Source: Guillardia theta CCMP2712 (Eukaryota > Protista > Cryptophyta). From it: a DNA stretch of 64,000 nucleotides. A program made the position numbers and the translations under genes. The notes beneath the pieces were generated by a model. The model made no database searches, had not been told where the DNA came from, and saw only the letters and a program-made list of their open reading frames with translations. Of the stretch, positions 60,028 to 64,000 are shown in pieces. Positions within the stretch are counted from its first letter, which is position 1; every line of letters starts with the position of its first letter. The stretch is from contig NW_005434593.1 in assembly GCF_000315625.1 (NCBI RefSeq), positions 254,915 through 318,914 on the forward strand. Direction: 5' to 3'.

Positions 60028-62788
60028 CTATTTCGCCCGTTCTCTGAAATCTTTGTCCTTTTCCAACCTGCAACCGCGAATGCGATCAACCGAAGTGCCG
60101 ACGATTTCACATTTCTACAAACCTCTCGAGAACTCCAAGATCGTCTGTATTGCCTTGCCTGCAATTTTATCCTTAGACATCAAAACAATGAAACCATTGA
60201 AACATCTCAACATCTCAACAATGAAACTCACTTTTTCTTCTCTTCCTCTTCTTTCCTGATCTCCTGCAAACATCATTATGGGTTGCAAGTGCAAACATGC
60301 AAAGTCTGACAATCATCCAGGGATGATCTTCAGGGAGCGGTTCGATCCATCCGTCGACAACCTGATGAAGAAATGTCAGACAGGGCAGAAAAACTTGGAA
60401 ACCAAAAGCACTTAGACGTTGGAGACAATCATAAAGTCACTACAAGAGAACATGAGGGAAGTATTGATAACATAGGCAGTGAGGTGTAAAACGATGAAAG
60501 GATTGCCAAATATTCAACTTTGCACATCATGCAGACAAGAAGAGCAATGCAACAAAAATGTTTCAGAGTTCTTACGTCAGGGACCGGCAAAGTTCCCCCA
60601 GTTTCCGGATCTGACAGCGGATCTTCCTGTATGGGGTATTGAGAACAGTTTGATATTGAGAGAATTCATTACCTTGAGCTCTTGCAGGACGGTTTGGATG
60701 TTTCCTCCGGCGCTGTGGTAGAAAGGAGAGTGAGGAGGAAGAGGAANNNNNNNNNNNNNNNNNNNNNNNNNNNNNNNNNNNNNNNNNNNNNNNNNNNNNN
60801 NNNNNNNNNNNNNNNNNNNNNNNNNNNNNNNNNNNNNNNNNNNNNNCGGCAAGGTTCCTGATACACCCACATGCTTGCTTCGATACCTCCGGGTTGGGGG
60901 AGTTCAGCAGCCCTATGAGCGGAGAGAGCCCTCCCTCCTGCACGATGCTGAGCTTGTTCTCTGCAAGCACCGAGAGCGAGTACAAACACCCAGCAGCCTG
61001 CCAGCAGTTGTCAACTCCGATGTCGCTGCCAGTCATGCACGCACCTGCTCCTGGCTCCCTTCGTCGGCACTTCGCAGCATGCGAATGAGGAGGGGGAGGC
61101 CGCCCCTCTCCACGATCTTGATCTTGTTCTCGGTGGTCACCGAGAGAGACCATAGTGCTGCTGCTGCTCCTTGCTGGGCCGTCTCCTCTGCCGATCGCAG
61201 CAGCTCCACCACGGGAGCGATGCCCTGGTCTTGCCCTACCTTGATGAGATGCTCCGCTGTGCCAACGGCTCAGGGGAGGGAGAGCAGGAGGGCGACAGCT
61301 TGGAGGAGGAGGAGGAGGAGGAGGAGGAGGCGAGAGACAATGGAGAATAAGGGGAGAAGAGGAGAAACAGGCAAAGGACGAGGAGGTGGAAAGGAGGAAG
61401 AGGAGCAACAGGAGGGAGGGGGAGTAAAATGACAACGAGGAGGGAAATGTGAAAGCACAAACCTGGAAACGTCATCGGAGTCAAAGTTCTTGGGCAACCC
61501 GAGCTTGTTCCTCTCTCCTGCACCAGATTTTCATACATCGACTTAGAGGGGAGGCGGTTGCAACAAACCAATCAGCTCGTTCAGAGCTGTCCCATCCTCC
61601 CAGTTGTCCTCCTCCTCCTGGGTATGTTTGAGCATCCGGGGTAAGAGCAACTAGAACATCGCTTCACCTTCTTCTCCATCCAACGAGGCACCGTCCCTCC
61701 CTTGATGACAGATTGCAACTGCACGGCATTAGAGGACACAACAGGACATGTTGGTTTGAATCACGTCAAAGAGTTTCTGCTCCGGATCCTCATCACTCCC
61801 TCGCTGCTCCTTCTCCACATCCTCCAACTCTCCTGAATCCTGTTCAACTTGCGCGGTTTGGCTGGCCCGACCCTCCGCGCCAAGCCCCAACATCGCCTTC
61901 TTCTTCTCGAATGCTGGGAAGAAACGTTCAACCTCCGTCTTTGAAAGCGATGAAAGCAAACGATGACAAGAGAAAGGAAGTACTCATGACAACAAGCGTT
62001 GGAACTACTCATAACAAGATTGAAATCAAACACGAGAACAAGAGTTTGAAATTGCTCATGACAACAAGACGTGAATGAGATCTCCATAACAACGGATTGG
62101 AAATCTTGGAAAACGAAGGGGTCTCTGTTTTCACCTTTTAGAATCTCTTCATCAGACGCTCCAGGTTTGATGTTCAGCGCCTGTTGCACAACATTGATCA
62201 AACAAACAAGCGACGATGAGGAAACTATTGTCTTGCCTCCCAGATGTTGTCATACTGATGTTTCTGCTCTTCTTTTTCTTCTTTTACTTCATCGGCGACC
62301 AATTTCCATATCATCTGTCAATCAGATGTCATTGACGTCTCAACTTGACCATTAACAGCACCTCCACCTCCAACCTCCCTCCAATATGTTCATCATCACC
62401 ATAGCTATCTCATCATCATCTCCATCATCATCTCCATCATCATCATCTCCATCATCATCATCATCATCATCATCTCCATCATCTCCATCATCATCATCAT
62501 CTCCTACACCATCTCCTCCACCATCATCTCCATCATCATCATCATCATCCCTCGATCATCATCTCCGTCACCTCTCGAGCGTCCACGTTTGTTTCTTCAG
62601 AATTTTCCATCTCGGGCCTGTTCCCTCCCTCTCTCAGCTTGACTCCCTCCTGCTTCCTCTTTTTCTCCTCTTCCTCCTCCTTCATGCTCTTGTAGACATC
62701 GTCCACCTCGTATGCTTTCGGCCGACCTCGGTTCCTCGGTCTCAGGACCTTGTCTAGGATCCTTTGATTTACCACCTCTTCATCCTCC

Positions 62789-62819
<31 letters not shown>

Positions 62820-64000
62820 TCTCCTCCTTCCCCTTTGCTTGCTCCTTTACTGTCCTCTCCTCCGCTGTCTCCTTAACTTTCCCATCTTCGTCATCATCCG
62901 GCATACCCTCCTCCTCCTCGGAAGATATCTCTTTCTGGAATTCTTCTGCTTTCTTTCGGACCACTTCCTCATCGTCTTCAAGATCCAGCAAGAAAGGAGC
63001 AGCGATGTTGCTTGGATCGAACGGAATTTGAGAGTTGAAGATGTCAGATGTCTTTTTGAAATTTTTCGCCAAGTACTGCTCGAAAGGTAAGAGGAGCAAG
63101 AACGACAAACATGCAAACAACTACACTCCAACCATGTCGTGACATCACAATCATAAGCATGATCATCATCATCATCATCTCGATCATCGCCATATCCATC
63201 ATCATCCCCATCCTCGTCCTCCGCATCGTCATCTTCTTCTTCTCTTCGTCATCTTCTTCTTCTCTTTCTCCATCATCATCTCCATCATCATCTCCATCTC
63301 TATCATCAGTTTCACATGCCCCTCACGTCAATGTTCGCAAATCCCATCGGAGCTTCATCTTCCTTGAGGTTGAAAAACTTCTCTCCCAGCGACCTCCGAG
63401 CTTTGAGCTGCTGGTCTGACAATTTTTTTCGAGCGCTCTCCTCTATCGCAACCCTCAACAGCTCCTTCATGGACTTGAGATTGTCATGCTCGCCCTCACG
63501 GCCATCGCTCTCGCCGGTGTTCAACGGCTTGTCAAAGAGTCCCATCTCTTTGACCGCCTGCTGGATGGCGGGAGGAAGGCTGTTCTCGACGTATTCCAAG
63601 ATCTCTTCTCTCGTCAAATCTCCCTCCTTCTGTGCTGGGTTCTCGTACTGCTCTGCTTCGGAGAACAACTCCCTCTCCCTTTCTTCGAACTTCATGTCCA
63701 TCTCCTTCAACTTGGAAGTGTTCAATGATATGCCATTCTCGTCCCTCAGTATGTAGTCTGACATGGAGCTCGAGAAAGTGATGTTCGGTACACCAGGTTT
63801 CTCTGTTGTGTCAAGCTGCTGCTGATGCTGCTGCTGATGCTGCTGCTGCTGCTGATGCTGCTGCTGAGTTTTCAGCTCCTCCATTTCTTTCGTCGCTTCC
63901 TCCGTTGCAAACTCATCCTTGAACTTCTCTCGGATCCAAGCGGCACATGGTCGGTGGGAACGGACTGCTCAGGGTAAAGCTGCCAACATTTAAATTAGCC
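60028..64000 (-). CDS. Large acidic hypothetical protein, multi-exon, 5' end probably beyond the window
   Basis: Exons at 63312-63884, 62545-63090 and downstream. The exon ending ...NFDSDDVS AG (61463) splices in phase to C GCC GGA GGA at 60712 (SAGGNIQTVLQELK); probable stop near 60028. Confidence 0.6.
60747..60846. other. Assembly gap (100 N)
   Basis: Run of N. Confidence 1.
60847..61292 (-). repeat. 446-bp copy of the 5' part of the ARM gene (56802-57247)
   Basis: Identical except for two substitutions seen (EVAKQ/EVSKQ and ETVQQ/ETAQQ); includes an intron. Confidence 0.95.

Noticed and set aside
61258-61463. Chimeric acidic-protein::ARM fusion gene
   Set aside because: The more natural reading frame ends in phase 2, which matches the exon at 60712 rather than the phase-1 ARM acceptor
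1-64000. Autonomous transposons, viral genes, tRNA or rRNA
   Set aside because: No transposase, RT, integrase or capsid motifs and no structured-RNA signatures recognised by eye; tRNAscan/Infernal were not run

Overview
Intron-rich eukaryotic nuclear DNA with short GT-AG introns (CTGAC-like branch points), abundant GGA/TCC microsatellites and two 100-N gaps. Intron style, a bipartite plastid-targeting leader and the gene repertoire suggest a cryptophyte alga (Guillardia theta-like); this is inference. By manual splicing I reconstruct about 21 protein-coding genes. They include an ASH2-like SPRY protein, a secreted LysM protein, a tandem pair of sulfotransferase-like genes, a beta/gamma-crystallin + prolyl-4-hydroxylase-like fusion, a 53-aa peptide gene and a histidine phosphatase. 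Also present are a giant LamG/Cys-repeat/C-type-lectin secreted protein, an Sgpp-type HAD phosphatase, a Zn2Cys6 factor, a fucosyltransferase-like gene, a ~75-repeat armadillo protein and a REV1-type BRCT protein. The most interesting signals are: (1) a recurring, oriented intergenic module (GC-rich CCGG/GAGTC block, an AACTTTGAGTAAA element, a GGGGTAC/GTACCCC block, a Pu/Py tract) upstream of many genes; (2) a P4H-like domain whose iron-binding histidines appear lost; (3) small secretory precursors with candidate processing motifs; (4) apparent gene-conversion tracts with raised GC. All exon boundaries are manual and approximate. No rRNA, tRNA, CRISPR or autonomous transposon was recognised.
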